Assembly (NCBI GenBank): GCA_016432645.1
Contig: CP066698.1
Coordinates: 133,062 to 197,061, forward strand
Source of the DNA: Candidatus Falkowbacteria bacterium
Lineage (GTDB): Bacteria > Patescibacteriota > Patescibacteriia > Patescibacteriales > UBA12465
Direction of reading: 5' to 3'
Length of the DNA stretch: 64,000 bases
Under the pieces are notes generated by a model. That model was not told the origin of the DNA and did not search any database. It was given only the letters and a program-made list of their open reading frames with translations. The position numbers were made by a program, and so were the translations under genes. Below, piece after piece: positions 1 through 9,479 of this stretch (the first letter of the stretch is position 1; each line of letters starts with the position of its first letter).

Positions 1-15
1 GCAGCTTGTATTTTT

Positions 16-738
16 ATGAGTAATCCAAAAAATATTTCAATAAAGGGACTAAAAAAGCAGATTTTAAAAGAACGTAAGTTTTTAGATGATCTTTTATTAA
101 ATAATAATTTAAAAGAGATAGATAGAAATTGGAAGAAATATATAGTATCAATTTTTTTTATTGATATTTTGAAAATAACGGAAGATTTGGTTGTGTTGCT
201 TGAAAGTGGTTCTGGATATGTTGATTCAGTCGCAACAAGGTTGTTAGTTGAAAGATATATTTATTTTAAATATATTCTAAAAGGCAAAAATCAGGGCAGG
301 TTTAATAATTGGATACTAAAGAATTACAGGAAAGAAAAAAGTATGATTGGTAAAATATTAGGAAATATAAACAATCATAAGATAGAAGAAGAGAAAAAAT
401 TTATAAATAAAACAGAATTATCTAAACACATTAAATTTTTAAATGAAGAAATTAGTAAAGTTAGTAAGCAAACTACCAAAAGTGAGGAATTTGATTTTTC
501 TGATATGATTACAGAACTTGATGTTAATAGAAAAGATAAGTTGAATCATTATTTGTATTATGTTGTTTATCCTTTGCTAAGCAGTGACGTTCATGGCAGT
601 GCTCGTTCTATGGAGTCGCATTTCAAGAAGGAGGAGCAAAACGTTATCTTAAATGAGAAAAAAGATAAACCGGAGTTGTTGACTACGGCTCTTTATATTA
701 ACAAAGAAATTTTTAAAGTTGTAAAGAAAACGTTTTAA
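16..738 (+). CDS. DUF5677-like (HEPN-related) protein
   Basis: R-x3-E (TRLLVERY) and C-terminal Y-x2-LS-x2-VH (YPLLSSDVHG) motifs; markedly more AT-rich than neighbours. Confidence 0.55.
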   Translation: MSNPKNISIKGLKKQILKERKFLDDLLLNNNLKEIDRNWKKYIVSIFFIDILKITEDLVVLLESGSGYVDSVATRLLVERYIYFKYILKGKNQGRFNNWILKNYRKEKSMIGKILGNINNHKIEEEKKFINKTELSKHIKFLNEEISKVSKQTTKSEEFDFSDMITELDVNRKDKLNHYLYYVVYPLLSSDVHGSARSMESHFKKEEQNVILNEKKDKPELLTTALYINKEIFKVVKKTF

Positions 739-958
739 TTTTTTAATAAACATAATATGCGGAGCGGCGCAGCTGGTTGATACTTCTGCCCTATTCCACT
801 CCTATAAACCAGTAATGTCCTTTGATCTAAGCAAAATTAACTAACTCGCGGATGCCTTTCCATTTTAACACTGCTTTTTCAATAGTGTTCCACCGGAGAG
901 ATGTGGCCCGTGGGTATAATTTTTTAATTATTAAAATAAAAAACATTAACCCCGATAA

Positions 959-1336
<378 letters not shown>

Positions 1337-1343
1337 TTAAGTG

Positions 1344-1410
1344 TTGACAAAAAAGCATACTTATAGTATGCTTTTTTGATTGTCAAAATCATATTTTCGA
1401 ACATTAAAAA
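1344..1410 (+). promoter_or_regulatory. Sigma70 promoter with internal 14-bp palindrome, copy A
   Basis: TTGACA-17nt-TATGCT; caaaaaagcatact/agtatgcttttttg inverted repeat; 64/67 identical to 4917-4983. Confidence 0.85.
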
Positions 1411-1419
1411 TTAGTTAAA

Positions 1420-2013
1420 ATGAATCTCTTAAAAAAAATTCAAAAAAAGAATCCTAATTATGTCTTACAGAATAGACATTGGATTTCAGCCAAGAGGCAC
1501 GTGCCCGTAGTTCTAAAAGCGGCCATTTCTGGAGCGCTTTTTGCTTTAGCACAGTATTACGTAAACTACCGTGGTCTTTCCTTCGAGCCAGAAGCTAAGG
1601 AAGCGATTATGTTCTTAGCGATGGCCTTCTCCTTCTTTGTGTATGTCATCTTTGCCGGTTATGCAATTAACCGGGTTCTTGATGAATCCAAGGAAGTTTC
1701 CCGGGCTATAGTTCAAAAAGATCTGGATACCTTCTTATTGTACCGAGATGAGCAGTTGCCCATCTTAATTCATCTGCCCTTAGGAATTGTTTCCGGAGTT
1801 ATTATTTTTTTCTTGTTGTTTTTTCCTTTTCCCGATGAGTTTATCGGAATGACTTCCGTTTTTGCCATCGTGTTTATGATGTCGCTTTTATTCATTGTTA
1901 CCCAGGAATTGGATAATTATGAAAATAGCATCTGGTTTAAAGCTAAGACACCTGCCGATTGGTGGCAGATTGATATTGAAAAACATTTTGAGGGCAAAAG
2001 TGAGGCCCAGTAA
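1420..2013 (+). CDS. Hypothetical 4-TM membrane protein
   Basis: 197-aa ORF with four hydrophobic segments, directly after the promoter. Confidence 0.75.
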   Translation: MNLLKKIQKKNPNYVLQNRHWISAKRHVPVVLKAAISGALFALAQYYVNYRGLSFEPEAKEAIMFLAMAFSFFVYVIFAGYAINRVLDESKEVSRAIVQKDLDTFLLYRDEQLPILIHLPLGIVSGVIIFFLLFFPFPDEFIGMTSVFAIVFMMSLLFIVTQELDNYENSIWFKAKTPADWWQIDIEKHFEGKSEAQ

Positions 2014-2044
2014 TTAATTGTTGAACCATAAAAAGACATAAATC

Positions 2045-2566
2045 ATGAAAGAAATTATTTTACCAAGCGGTGTTCATGTAAAAGTTTGGCAAAAAATTAA
2101 ATTGGGGACCTTCAAAAGTTTTTCCGATCTTCAAATGGAAGCCGAAAAGAGATTTATTTTTTGCTATCACTCAAAAGAATTGCTCAAAGAATCGGAATTT
2201 GCCGTTGCCGATAATGAGGAGCTGATTAGTTTAACGAAAATTACGATTGCTGATTTGCAAATTGGAGAAAATAGAAGATATCTTGATATCTGCTCGAAAG
2301 CTGAAAATCTGGGGCTAGGCATATGCTCCATTGAAGTTCCTCTTCAGCTATGTATTCAGGGACCAAATTATCCTAATCATGCATACGTTAATATCGCTAT
2401 TAATCCGATTCGGCATGGTGGCGGTTCAAATCTCCTAAACATTTTTCGTTTAGGCGGCTATCATAATCGCCCTGCTTTAGATACGAGAAATGTTATAGAG
2501 TTGCCTGATGGCAACCCTTTCCCGTTACAAGACAGCGAAGAAATCGTTTTTAGTATTATGAGTTAA
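2045..2566 (+). CDS. CPR-type conserved hypothetical protein
   Basis: IKLGT...ITIADL...A-x2-LGL-x2-C-x2-EV-x2-QL pattern recalls a family I recognise from Parcubacteria. Confidence 0.6.
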   Translation: MKEIILPSGVHVKVWQKIKLGTFKSFSDLQMEAEKRFIFCYHSKELLKESEFAVADNEELISLTKITIADLQIGENRRYLDICSKAENLGLGICSIEVPLQLCIQGPNYPNHAYVNIAINPIRHGGGSNLLNIFRLGGYHNRPALDTRNVIELPDGNPFPLQDSEEIVFSIMS

Positions 2567-2587
2567 ATTATTGTGTCCGTTCAGAAT

Positions 2588-2621
2588 CCCCGAAGCTATC
2601 AAAGTTTCGGGGTTTTTATTT
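2588..2621 (+). terminator. Intrinsic terminator, CCCCGAAGCT family copy 1
   Basis: ccccgaagct atcaa agtttcgggg + T-run; 33/34 identical to 4360-4393. Confidence 0.85.
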
Positions 2622-2712
2622 GCCTAATTTAAGCTATTATTGACACAATTCAGCTTTTATGATATTATATCCTGAACACCAAAGTTCTTTAAAATCATAA
2701 AAACTATCATAA

Positions 2713-3003
2713 ATGAAACAGATTCCTGTAAACAAAATGGTAATATTTTTTGCCGCCGGTTTTCAGCTCACCGAACACTTCTTTCTTCAGAAAGATGAAA
2801 TAACAGTATTTCCTGTTAATTCCTTTTGGAAAATTTTGCCCGATGTCGACAACCAAAAGATGGAGGTTATCCTTCAAAATTGCCAAGACAAAAGCAAAAA
2901 AACCGTGAGCTATGCTAAATTGGTCAGAATATTTTCCATGCAAGCAGACGAAATTGTAATTATGGAAGAAAAAGATGTTCCGATTATCATCAAAATTGAC
3001 TAA
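2713..3003 (+). CDS. Hypothetical protein
   Basis: ORF after TTGACA promoter at 2640 and GTTCTTTAAAA leader motif. Confidence 0.6.
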   Translation: MKQIPVNKMVIFFAAGFQLTEHFFLQKDEITVFPVNSFWKILPDVDNQKMEVILQNCQDKSKKTVSYAKLVRIFSMQADEIVIMEEKDVPIIIKID

Positions 3004-3117
3004 TCGGAAATTATCCGCCCACAAAAAAGCATATCCCAGATATGCTTTTTGATGCTTAAAAATTATTGTTTAACCAGAAATTTTATTGTTTAATCTAAAA
3101 AATAGGAGAATTAAAAC

Positions 3118-3636
3118 ATGATTGATCTTAATGAAAAAAGACAGGCAATTATTGCCGTCGCCACCGAAATGTTTAACAAATTTGTTAGTATGCCTCCGGA
3201 ACTTCGCTCGGATGATAAACCGCGAACTGGTATCAAAGTTTTGGTTTGGGAACCAGGCACCAGGAACTTAATTTTATTTTCCGTTGCCGAGCCATCTGAA
3301 GCTGCTCAATTCTTCGTTGTTGAAAAAGCGGTCAGATCGCATATACTATCTGATATGTCATCGCAGAATTCTGAGCATGAGCCGAGTTTGCAGTATATGG
3401 GGAGTCTTTCTGTATTTTTGGACGAGCTTGAAGGCCGGGCTGATAAAAAAGGAATTTTGCTCGCCTCAACTTCTGGATTAAAAGGGGAAGAAGACGCTGC
3501 GATTAGTGCCTCTGTTTTAGCTGAGGCTGCTGATGCATCCTTTCAGGATATTTGTGACAATGTCGCTTCCAATTTTGGTAAATTGCCATTTTGGTATGAT
3601 AGCGAAGATAAGAGCTATTTTGATTTTTTGTTCTAA
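3118..3636 (+). CDS. Divergent GlcG/HbpS-like (heme-binding fold) protein
   Basis: EKAVRS...SS...YMGSL...SGLKGEEDAAIS resembles GlcG signature; AGGAG RBS. Confidence 0.45.
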   Translation: MIDLNEKRQAIIAVATEMFNKFVSMPPELRSDDKPRTGIKVLVWEPGTRNLILFSVAEPSEAAQFFVVEKAVRSHILSDMSSQNSEHEPSLQYMGSLSVFLDELEGRADKKGILLASTSGLKGEEDAAISASVLAEAADASFQDICDNVASNFGKLPFWYDSEDKSYFDFLF

Positions 3637-3651
3637 CAAAAAAAGGTACCA

Positions 3652-4335
3652 ATGAACGAAACTCTTAATCTTAAAATCGACGGAGTGGTAGAAGTCCCTG
3701 GCCGTCACATTTATGCTAAAACTCCGGAAGCGCTTGAAGCTTTAAAGGAGAAAATGAAAGCCCTGGGCTACAAATTGGAGGTGCGTCCTTCATCGAGTAG
3801 CGGCCAAATTTGGTTAGCAAAACTTCAGTCGTCCGACAAAAAGAAAAAAGGAAAAGTTTCTTTTTTCTCGCCTTCCTCTTCATTAGAGTCTATTTTCATT
3901 TATGAAGCTTGGCCGTGGTTTCCGCTCCGCCGCTCCAGGGAACTGGGCGAGGAAATTATCTCCGCCATTGGCATGATTACTGATTGCGGTTTCTATTATC
4001 AGGATGGGCGCCAGGAATTTTACAGTTTTCATTTGGAAAGAATGAGAATTTTTGTAGAAGGTCTTACCGATATTCCGATTGCCGAATGGGACGCCATGAT
4101 TAAAAAGGCGCCTTTATCCGGTCCTGGAATGGTTAAAGCAGTGGCCGCTTTTTGTCAAAATGTGCCAGATTATTGTGTCCAGGTTGAAGACTCGCCAAAT
4201 GTTGCTCATTTGCTTCTCGGATTTTCCAAAATCAGAAATCACCAACCGCGGACTGGATCTGAAATTGCTGCCATGAACAAGGCGGCTGCCAACAGGGAAA
4301 TTAGAAAAGATTTCCTTGACACTATTGGAGGATAA
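3652..4335 (+). CDS. Hypothetical protein
   Basis: 227-aa ORF co-oriented with 3118 gene, followed by terminator. Confidence 0.7.
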   Translation: MNETLNLKIDGVVEVPGRHIYAKTPEALEALKEKMKALGYKLEVRPSSSSGQIWLAKLQSSDKKKKGKVSFFSPSSSLESIFIYEAWPWFPLRRSRELGEEIISAIGMITDCGFYYQDGRQEFYSFHLERMRIFVEGLTDIPIAEWDAMIKKAPLSGPGMVKAVAAFCQNVPDYCVQVEDSPNVAHLLLGFSKIRNHQPRTGSEIAAMNKAAANREIRKDFLDTIGG

Positions 4336-4359
4336 AGTTTTTAACATTAAAAAATCAAA

Positions 4360-4393
4360 CCCCGAAGCTATTAAAGTTTCGGGGTTTTTATTT
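4360..4393 (+). terminator. Intrinsic terminator, CCCCGAAGCT family copy 2
   Basis: ccccgaagct attaa agtttcgggg + T-run. Confidence 0.85.
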
Positions 4394-4442
4394 AGCTGAA
4401 TCTATTTTGACTTTACGCCCTTTTTATGGGATTATAAATAAT

Positions 4443-4898
4443 ATGTCTAATCCCTCAATTACAACTGAAAAAAAATATCCTAAAGTCGGAATCGGCGTCA
4501 TGATTCAAAATGAAAAAGGCGAAGTTCTTTTAGGGTTAAGAAAAGGTTCTCATGGCTCAGGCGAATGGTCTTTTCCGGGAGGACATTTGGAGATTGGCGA
4601 AACAATTTTAGAAACAGCCAAAAGGGAAACGAAAGAAGAAACGAATTTAGACATTAATAAATTTGAACTTATCTCCGTGGCTGACGAGTTGAGTTATTTA
4701 AAAAGTGACGGCAAACATTATTTGAATATTGGAGTTAAAGGTTTGTATGAGGGCGGCGAGCCAATAGTTGCAGAAGTGGATAAATTCGAGAAATGGGAGT
4801 GGTTTAACCTTGATAATCTGCCTACTAATCTTTTTGAGGGAACAGAGCTGATGATTAATAATTTTAAAAATAAGACTATTTATAATCCTCTAATTTAA
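4443..4898 (+). CDS. NUDIX hydrolase (MutT/NUDT15-like)
   Basis: Nudix box GGHLEIGETILETAKRETKEETNL; ATG at 4443 preferred over upstream TTG. Confidence 0.9.
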   Translation: MSNPSITTEKKYPKVGIGVMIQNEKGEVLLGLRKGSHGSGEWSFPGGHLEIGETILETAKRETKEETNLDINKFELISVADELSYLKSDGKHYLNIGVKGLYEGGEPIVAEVDKFEKWEWFNLDNLPTNLFEGTELMINNFKNKTIYNPLI

Positions 4899-4916
4899 GC
4901 CTAAATTTTCTTAATA

Positions 4917-4983
4917 TTGACAAAAAAGCATACTTATGATATGCTTTTTTGATTGTCAAAATCATATTTTCGAACTTTAAAAA
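4917..4983 (+). promoter_or_regulatory. Sigma70 promoter with internal palindrome, copy B
   Basis: TTGACA-17nt-TATGCT with extended TG; direct repeat of 1344-1410. Confidence 0.85.
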
Positions 4984-4990
4984 ATATCAA

Positions 4991-5416
4991 ATGCAAACAA
5001 ATGAATTTTTAACTTCAATCATTTTTCCTAACGGCGCCCAATTTGGTCAGCCAGTCTATTATTCCGAGGCAACTAAATCTGAGTTGCCATGCAATCTCTT
5101 AGCCCATTCCTCCGGCGGCAATTTGGCGTTCTTTAAGAATTGTCATCTCACTGCTTATTTAAGCAAAAACAATGAGCTTATTTCCGCTGCGGATGTTGAA
5201 AAGGGTAAACACATTGTTACCGATGACCAGAAAAAGTACATCCTTGATGTTTATCTGGAGGTTAACGGTGATGTTATGTCTAACCATATTTCACTGGCCT
5301 CGCCACTCCCCAAAGGGACTGAGATGCAATACATGGAAGCTGTTTCCGAGGTTGATATCTTTGTTTTTTCTGGTTTCAGTGTAATCCTTTTTGACATCAA
5401 GAAAGAGTCATTTTAA
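4991..5416 (+). CDS. Hypothetical protein
   Basis: ATG 4991 follows promoter copy B; hairpin terminator 5448-5476. Confidence 0.65.
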   Translation: MQTNEFLTSIIFPNGAQFGQPVYYSEATKSELPCNLLAHSSGGNLAFFKNCHLTAYLSKNNELISAADVEKGKHIVTDDQKKYILDVYLEVNGDVMSNHISLASPLPKGTEMQYMEAVSEVDIFVFSGFSVILFDIKKESF

Positions 5417-5562
5417 AACATTTTAAAGCTTTGGCTTTAGTGCTTTGCCCCGGAATTGAAAAAGTTCCGGGGTTCTTATTTTGACTCTATATTTAAATTA
5501 TGAGATTATTTATATGTCCAAGTGAAAGTTAATTTATTGTCGAACCTTTAAAATTTATAACC

Positions 5563-5973
5563 ATGGAAAAGTATCGTCCCTTAACTTTACTGGCAGCCAT
5601 TTTGGTTGTCCTGTTGTTTACTGCTTTAATTATCTTTGGCGGGAAAGGTAAGAATGCTGTCGTTAAAGCCGATAAAGAACTCGGCTATACTATTGATAGT
5701 TTAAAAGCTGAAGGCGTCTTGACGCTTACTAACATTACGCATTTGTATCTGTTTGATCGCCTGCAAGATCAAACGGCTGATGGGAAAAAGGGATTTGTCA
5801 TTCTTGGTAATCGTCTCTATCAGGTTAACAACCTTGCTCAGGGATGCACACTGACGCCCGATGATGGCAATTTAGATTATCATTTAGAAGTCGTGCATAC
5901 CTCAGCCCCTGTCTATCAGCCAGGAGATTTTCTGGATACCTATGTAATCAGAAAATGCGCTGGGCGATATTAG
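5563..5973 (+). CDS. Hypothetical membrane-anchored protein
   Basis: N-terminal TM segment; own promoter and cgaacctttaaaa leader. Confidence 0.7.
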   Translation: MEKYRPLTLLAAILVVLLFTALIIFGGKGKNAVVKADKELGYTIDSLKAEGVLTLTNITHLYLFDRLQDQTADGKKGFVILGNRLYQVNNLAQGCTLTPDDGNLDYHLEVVHTSAPVYQPGDFLDTYVIRKCAGRY

Positions 5974-5989
5974 CCTTGAATTTTATTTA

Positions 5990-6029
5990 AAAAAAAGAAC
6001 CCCGAAACTTTTCAGCTTCGGGGTTTTTA
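5990..6029. terminator. Bidirectional terminator; inverted copy of CCCCGAAGCT family
   Basis: Minus strand reads ccccgaagct gaaa agtttcgggg ttctttttttt; lies between convergent genes. Confidence 0.85.
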
Positions 6030-6045
6030 CTAATTCATTTTAAAA

Positions 6046-7056
6046 TTATCTTAAGTACTTTTTAGCAACTTCCAAAGCATTGCCGCCGTAGAAGTTTTTT
6101 TCTAAGAGATTCCAAAAACCAATTACCGCTGCCCCTAAATTATTTTTTGAATTATCCAAATAAACTTGAGAAAAGCCTTTGCCTTTGAAATTATAGGCTT
6201 GGCTATGTTTGGAGATTGGTTGGTAGTAGAATTCAGCGCCGGGCATTATGAATAGGCTGAGTTGTGGGCTGGGCAAAATTTTTATATTATTTTCAAAATT
6301 TTTTGCCGCTTGTCCGGAATTAAATAATCCTTCCGAACTTTCAACTTTTTCTTGCCAATCAGCATCATTAATCCAAGAGAATACCCGTTGGCGGTATTCC
6401 GGCAGACGTCCGCTTTCAGCATGAACTTTTAATTTTCCTCCTCGAAAACCCTTTTCTTCTTTGGATAAAATATCCATCGCTTTCAGAAAGTTTTTTGCTT
6501 GCGTTTCCACTAGCGCAAAACCTTGATAGTTTTCTTCTCGGATTTTTTCCAAGGAAGTCGGCCGCTTTTTAATGCCGTTGTCATACCGGAAAAGAGATCC
6601 GGCATGATTCTCATCGGCTGATAAGTGGATGCTGATTTGCGGTTTGATAACGCCTATTTTTTTAAGATTTAAAATAGTGTTTTCCACGCCGCTAGCATTG
6701 GGATTGAGAGAGACAAAGCCTAAGCCGGCAGTTAGAATTGTTATTTTTGTCTTGCCTCCAGAAGAGTAATTGATTAAATCAATCAAATTACCCAATTCTT
6801 TATAAAGGAAAGGGTCGCCGCCGCTCAGTCTGATTTCTCTAATTTTGGAAAAATTGATTTTGCTAAAGAAATTAAGATACCAATCAAAGCCGACTGTCCG
6901 TCCAAAATATGTTTCTGAGGACCAACAGTGGGCGCAGGTTCCTTCGCAAACCGGAAAAACAAAGATGACAATTTCCCAACCATCGGGATGCAAAACAGCT
7001 TGTTCCAGCACGGGCACATAGCCTTTTACTGGTTTAAATTCTGGTATTTTTTCCAT
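6046..7056 (-). CDS. Radical SAM protein without SPASM domain
   Basis: CxxxCxxC (CEGTCAHC) and SGGDPF; overlaps the end of the upstream rSAM gene; ATG 7056 or TTG 7065. Confidence 0.8.
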   Translation of the reverse strand: MEKIPEFKPVKGYVPVLEQAVLHPDGWEIVIFVFPVCEGTCAHCWSSETYFGRTVGFDWYLNFFSKINFSKIREIRLSGGDPFLYKELGNLIDLINYSSGGKTKITILTAGLGFVSLNPNASGVENTILNLKKIGVIKPQISIHLSADENHAGSLFRYDNGIKKRPTSLEKIREENYQGFALVETQAKNFLKAMDILSKEEKGFRGGKLKVHAESGRLPEYRQRVFSWINDADWQEKVESSEGLFNSGQAAKNFENNIKILPSPQLSLFIMPGAEFYYQPISKHSQAYNFKGKGFSQVYLDNSKNNLGAAVIGFWNLLEKNFYGGNALEVAKKYLR

Positions 7057-8438
7057 ATCATCCAAGTTTGAGCTTTTTTAGCAAAGAAACAAAAGGCTTC
7101 GTCTTTGTTCCAGATAGAGCCGCTTAAGAAATCGGCGTTCCGAGGGCAACCGCCACCGCAAGTTGATAAAGCGATGCAGTTATAGCATTCAGGCATGTTT
7201 AAGGGCGAACGAGTACTCCATTCCTGGAATACTGGATCATTGTTAGGGTTGGCATCGGCATTGAAAACAGTATTGTTAAACGTTTTACGGCTGCCCATAT
7301 ATCCCTGACAAATGCCAATTTGGCCATCCGTACTTACGCTCATTTGTTCGCCACAACCAGTGCAATCAGAATGTAGTAATTGTCGATTGAAAAAATTATA
7401 CATTTTGTTATTCATCCGTCTTTCGTAGACATTTGGATAATATTCCTGAATAATTTCTTGACTCCTGACAATCGCCGCCGCACACTGTTCCTCGTATTCC
7501 GGATCATATTCGTTGAAATTAGGAATAATGGAAACGTGGTTGAATCCCAAGGAGTCAATTTTTAGGTCGCCGAGAATAAAATGCAGGATTTCTTCCATGT
7601 GGGGCAAACTATTTTTGCTTAAGACACAGGCGACAGAAGGTTTTATACCGTGGCGCTGTAAGCAATTAATGCCATTCATAGTTTTTGCAAAACTACCCTT
7701 ACCGGAGTGAAATACTCGATTGTAATCATGGATTTCTTCTGGGCCGTCCAGCGATACCGCCACTAACACCTTGTACTTTTTAAGGACCAAGGCAATTTCG
7801 TCGGTAATTAAGGTCCCGTTAGTAATTATGACATTGTCCACTTTTTGGATAGTTCCGGATTTTGTTTTTTTTGCCAAATATTCCAAACTGAATTTGATTG
7901 TGGAAAAATTTTCTAACGGCTCACCTCCGTAAAAAACGATTGACGGTTTCTTAGGAAATTTTTTGTTTCCGATTATCTCCGCAAATTTATCAATAGTTGC
8001 CTGTGCTGTTTCCGTGTTCATAATGCGGCGCTGATAATCAGGTTTAATTGCGCCCTCAATGAAGCAGTAGCGACAATTTAAATTGCAATAATCGGTCATA
8101 TGCATGACCATGACGCGCACGTTCGGTTTGTTAGGGAAGCATTGTTGAACACTTTTTAGGTATTCAGTTTCGTTATAATTATTCGGAACTAAAATAGCCG
8201 AATTCATTAAACGAGAGAGTGTCGTGATGAATTGTTTCTTGTCCTTTTCGGGGACAGAAGTCAAGACATCATTAATTGATCGTTCGGTACTAGCCATCAG
8301 GTGTGGCAATAATTCTTTGGCGAAGTAAACAGTTTCAATCTTTAAAGCGTTGTAACCGCAAATAACTTCGTCCTTTTCCAGAAAATGTCCAAATAATGAC
8401 AATTTGAGAATCAAATTTCCATGTTTCTTTAAGTTCAT
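7026..8438 (-). CDS. Radical SAM/SPASM protein (peptide/protein maturase type)
   Basis: CNLNCRYC, FYGGEP, SLDG; SPASM Cys set CTGC...IC...CYNC-x5-CGGGC...FC; about 100-aa N-terminal extension. Confidence 0.92.
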   Translation of the reverse strand: MNLKKHGNLILKLSLFGHFLEKDEVICGYNALKIETVYFAKELLPHLMASTERSINDVLTSVPEKDKKQFITTLSRLMNSAILVPNNYNETEYLKSVQQCFPNKPNVRVMVMHMTDYCNLNCRYCFIEGAIKPDYQRRIMNTETAQATIDKFAEIIGNKKFPKKPSIVFYGGEPLENFSTIKFSLEYLAKKTKSGTIQKVDNVIITNGTLITDEIALVLKKYKVLVAVSLDGPEEIHDYNRVFHSGKGSFAKTMNGINCLQRHGIKPSVACVLSKNSLPHMEEILHFILGDLKIDSLGFNHVSIIPNFNEYDPEYEEQCAAAIVRSQEIIQEYYPNVYERRMNNKMYNFFNRQLLHSDCTGCGEQMSVSTDGQIGICQGYMGSRKTFNNTVFNADANPNNDPVFQEWSTRSPLNMPECYNCIALSTCGGGCPRNADFLSGSIWNKDEAFCFFAKKAQTWMIWKKYQNLNQ

Positions 8439-8567
8439 GACGTTTTTCCTTTCTTTTATGTTAAGTTAATGATTTTTTAAAGGACAATTATTTTTCTCCT
8501 AATATTAAACCTTTTGCCAGATTTGTCAAATCATAATAAAAAAGAGCCTGCGGGCGCGGCTCTCTTT

Positions 8568-9296
8568 TTATAAGGTTTTGGGGGAATATTTAGGATTTAA
8601 ATCTTCCGCACCAATTTTTAGGTTTAAAAGTTCTGGCCAAAATAAATCAGCATTTTTTTCTTGTTGCCAAAAATGATCATAAATCTGAGCGCTAGATTTA
8701 ATTAAAGCGTCATTTGTTGCATAACATGAGAAGGGTATGCCGTCGGTTAAACTTTTTAGTTCTCGGCTGTTGATTAAAGAGGGAACGAGGATTTCACTGA
8801 TAATCCATAAATCATGGGTACTAGGCAAATTAATTTTTTCCGCCAATTCTTTCATCTTACGATAAAAATAGAAGTGGCTGATTTCATGGATGCTGATTTT
8901 TGCAAAATCAATTTTAGTAGCAAAATAAGGCAGTAGAAAACTTTCTTTTACTAAATCACGCGGGTAGATTGGTCCGATGCCAATAGCGGCGGAAAAAGTT
9001 TTAGGTTCGGTATTTTGCAGACAGAAAAATTTTTCAAAGAATCCGGTAACCTGAGGACTAATTTCCGGCCACCAAAGCGCAAATTGCTTGGCGGCTAAAT
9101 CAAATTCAGGGCGCAGGCGCTTTCTGATTTTTGTCAGAGCTTTTGATAATTGACGTCTGTCAGGAGAGTGGAGTTCTGCGAGTTCGGGATAATCTTGAAT
9201 AATTTTATGCCATAGCTCGCTGTCGTTATCCTTTACAATTTCTAGAGCAATTGCTCCTAAAAAATTACTATGCTTTAAAATTATTAAATTTATCAT
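8568..9296 (-). CDS. HExxH metalloprotein (peptidase-like)
   Basis: IHEISHFYF plus downstream Glu (ISEIL); own extended -10 (TGGTATAAC) and terminator at about 8540-8568. Confidence 0.6.
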   Translation of the reverse strand: MINLIILKHSNFLGAIALEIVKDNDSELWHKIIQDYPELAELHSPDRRQLSKALTKIRKRLRPEFDLAAKQFALWWPEISPQVTGFFEKFFCLQNTEPKTFSAAIGIGPIYPRDLVKESFLLPYFATKIDFAKISIHEISHFYFYRKMKELAEKINLPSTHDLWIISEILVPSLINSRELKSLTDGIPFSCYATNDALIKSSAQIYDHFWQQEKNADLFWPELLNLKIGAEDLNPKYSPKTL

Positions 9297-9331
9297 GGCT
9301 GGCAGATTTTTGTTATACCAAAATAAGATTT

Positions 9332-9361
9332 AAAAATAGGGAACGATATGTTATCGTCCCC
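9332..9361 (-). terminator. Intrinsic terminator after small ORF
   Basis: Minus strand ggggacgata aca tatcgttccc tattttt. Confidence 0.75.
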
Positions 9362-9386
9362 CAGGAAGAGAGCGGCGCTTAGGCGC

Positions 9387-9479
9387 TTAGCAGGTCTTTT
9401 CTTTTGGCAACTTAGTTGCCGAAGCGGTTGCGGCAGCTTCACAACAGTAGGTTGCTGCCTTTTCTTTTCTTTTCTTCAT
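9387..9479 (-). CDS. 30-aa candidate RiPP precursor MKKRKEKAATYCCEAAATASATKLPKEKTC (not in ORF track)
   Basis: Hand-translated; promoter TTGATT(9581-9576)-17nt-TAATTT with extended TG; terminator; co-oriented upstream of HExxH and rSAM genes. Confidence 0.55.
   Translation of the reverse strand: MKKRKEKAATYCCEAAATASATKLPKEKTC

Noticed and set aside
758..785. tRNA-like 5' sequence gcggagcggcgcagctggtt
   Set aside because: No D-stem partner, anticodon arm, TTCGA T-loop or acceptor complement follows.
1344..6029. CRISPR array or classical integron
   Set aside because: Repeats are few, kilobases apart and are promoters/terminators; I saw no attC structure, intI or cas genes.
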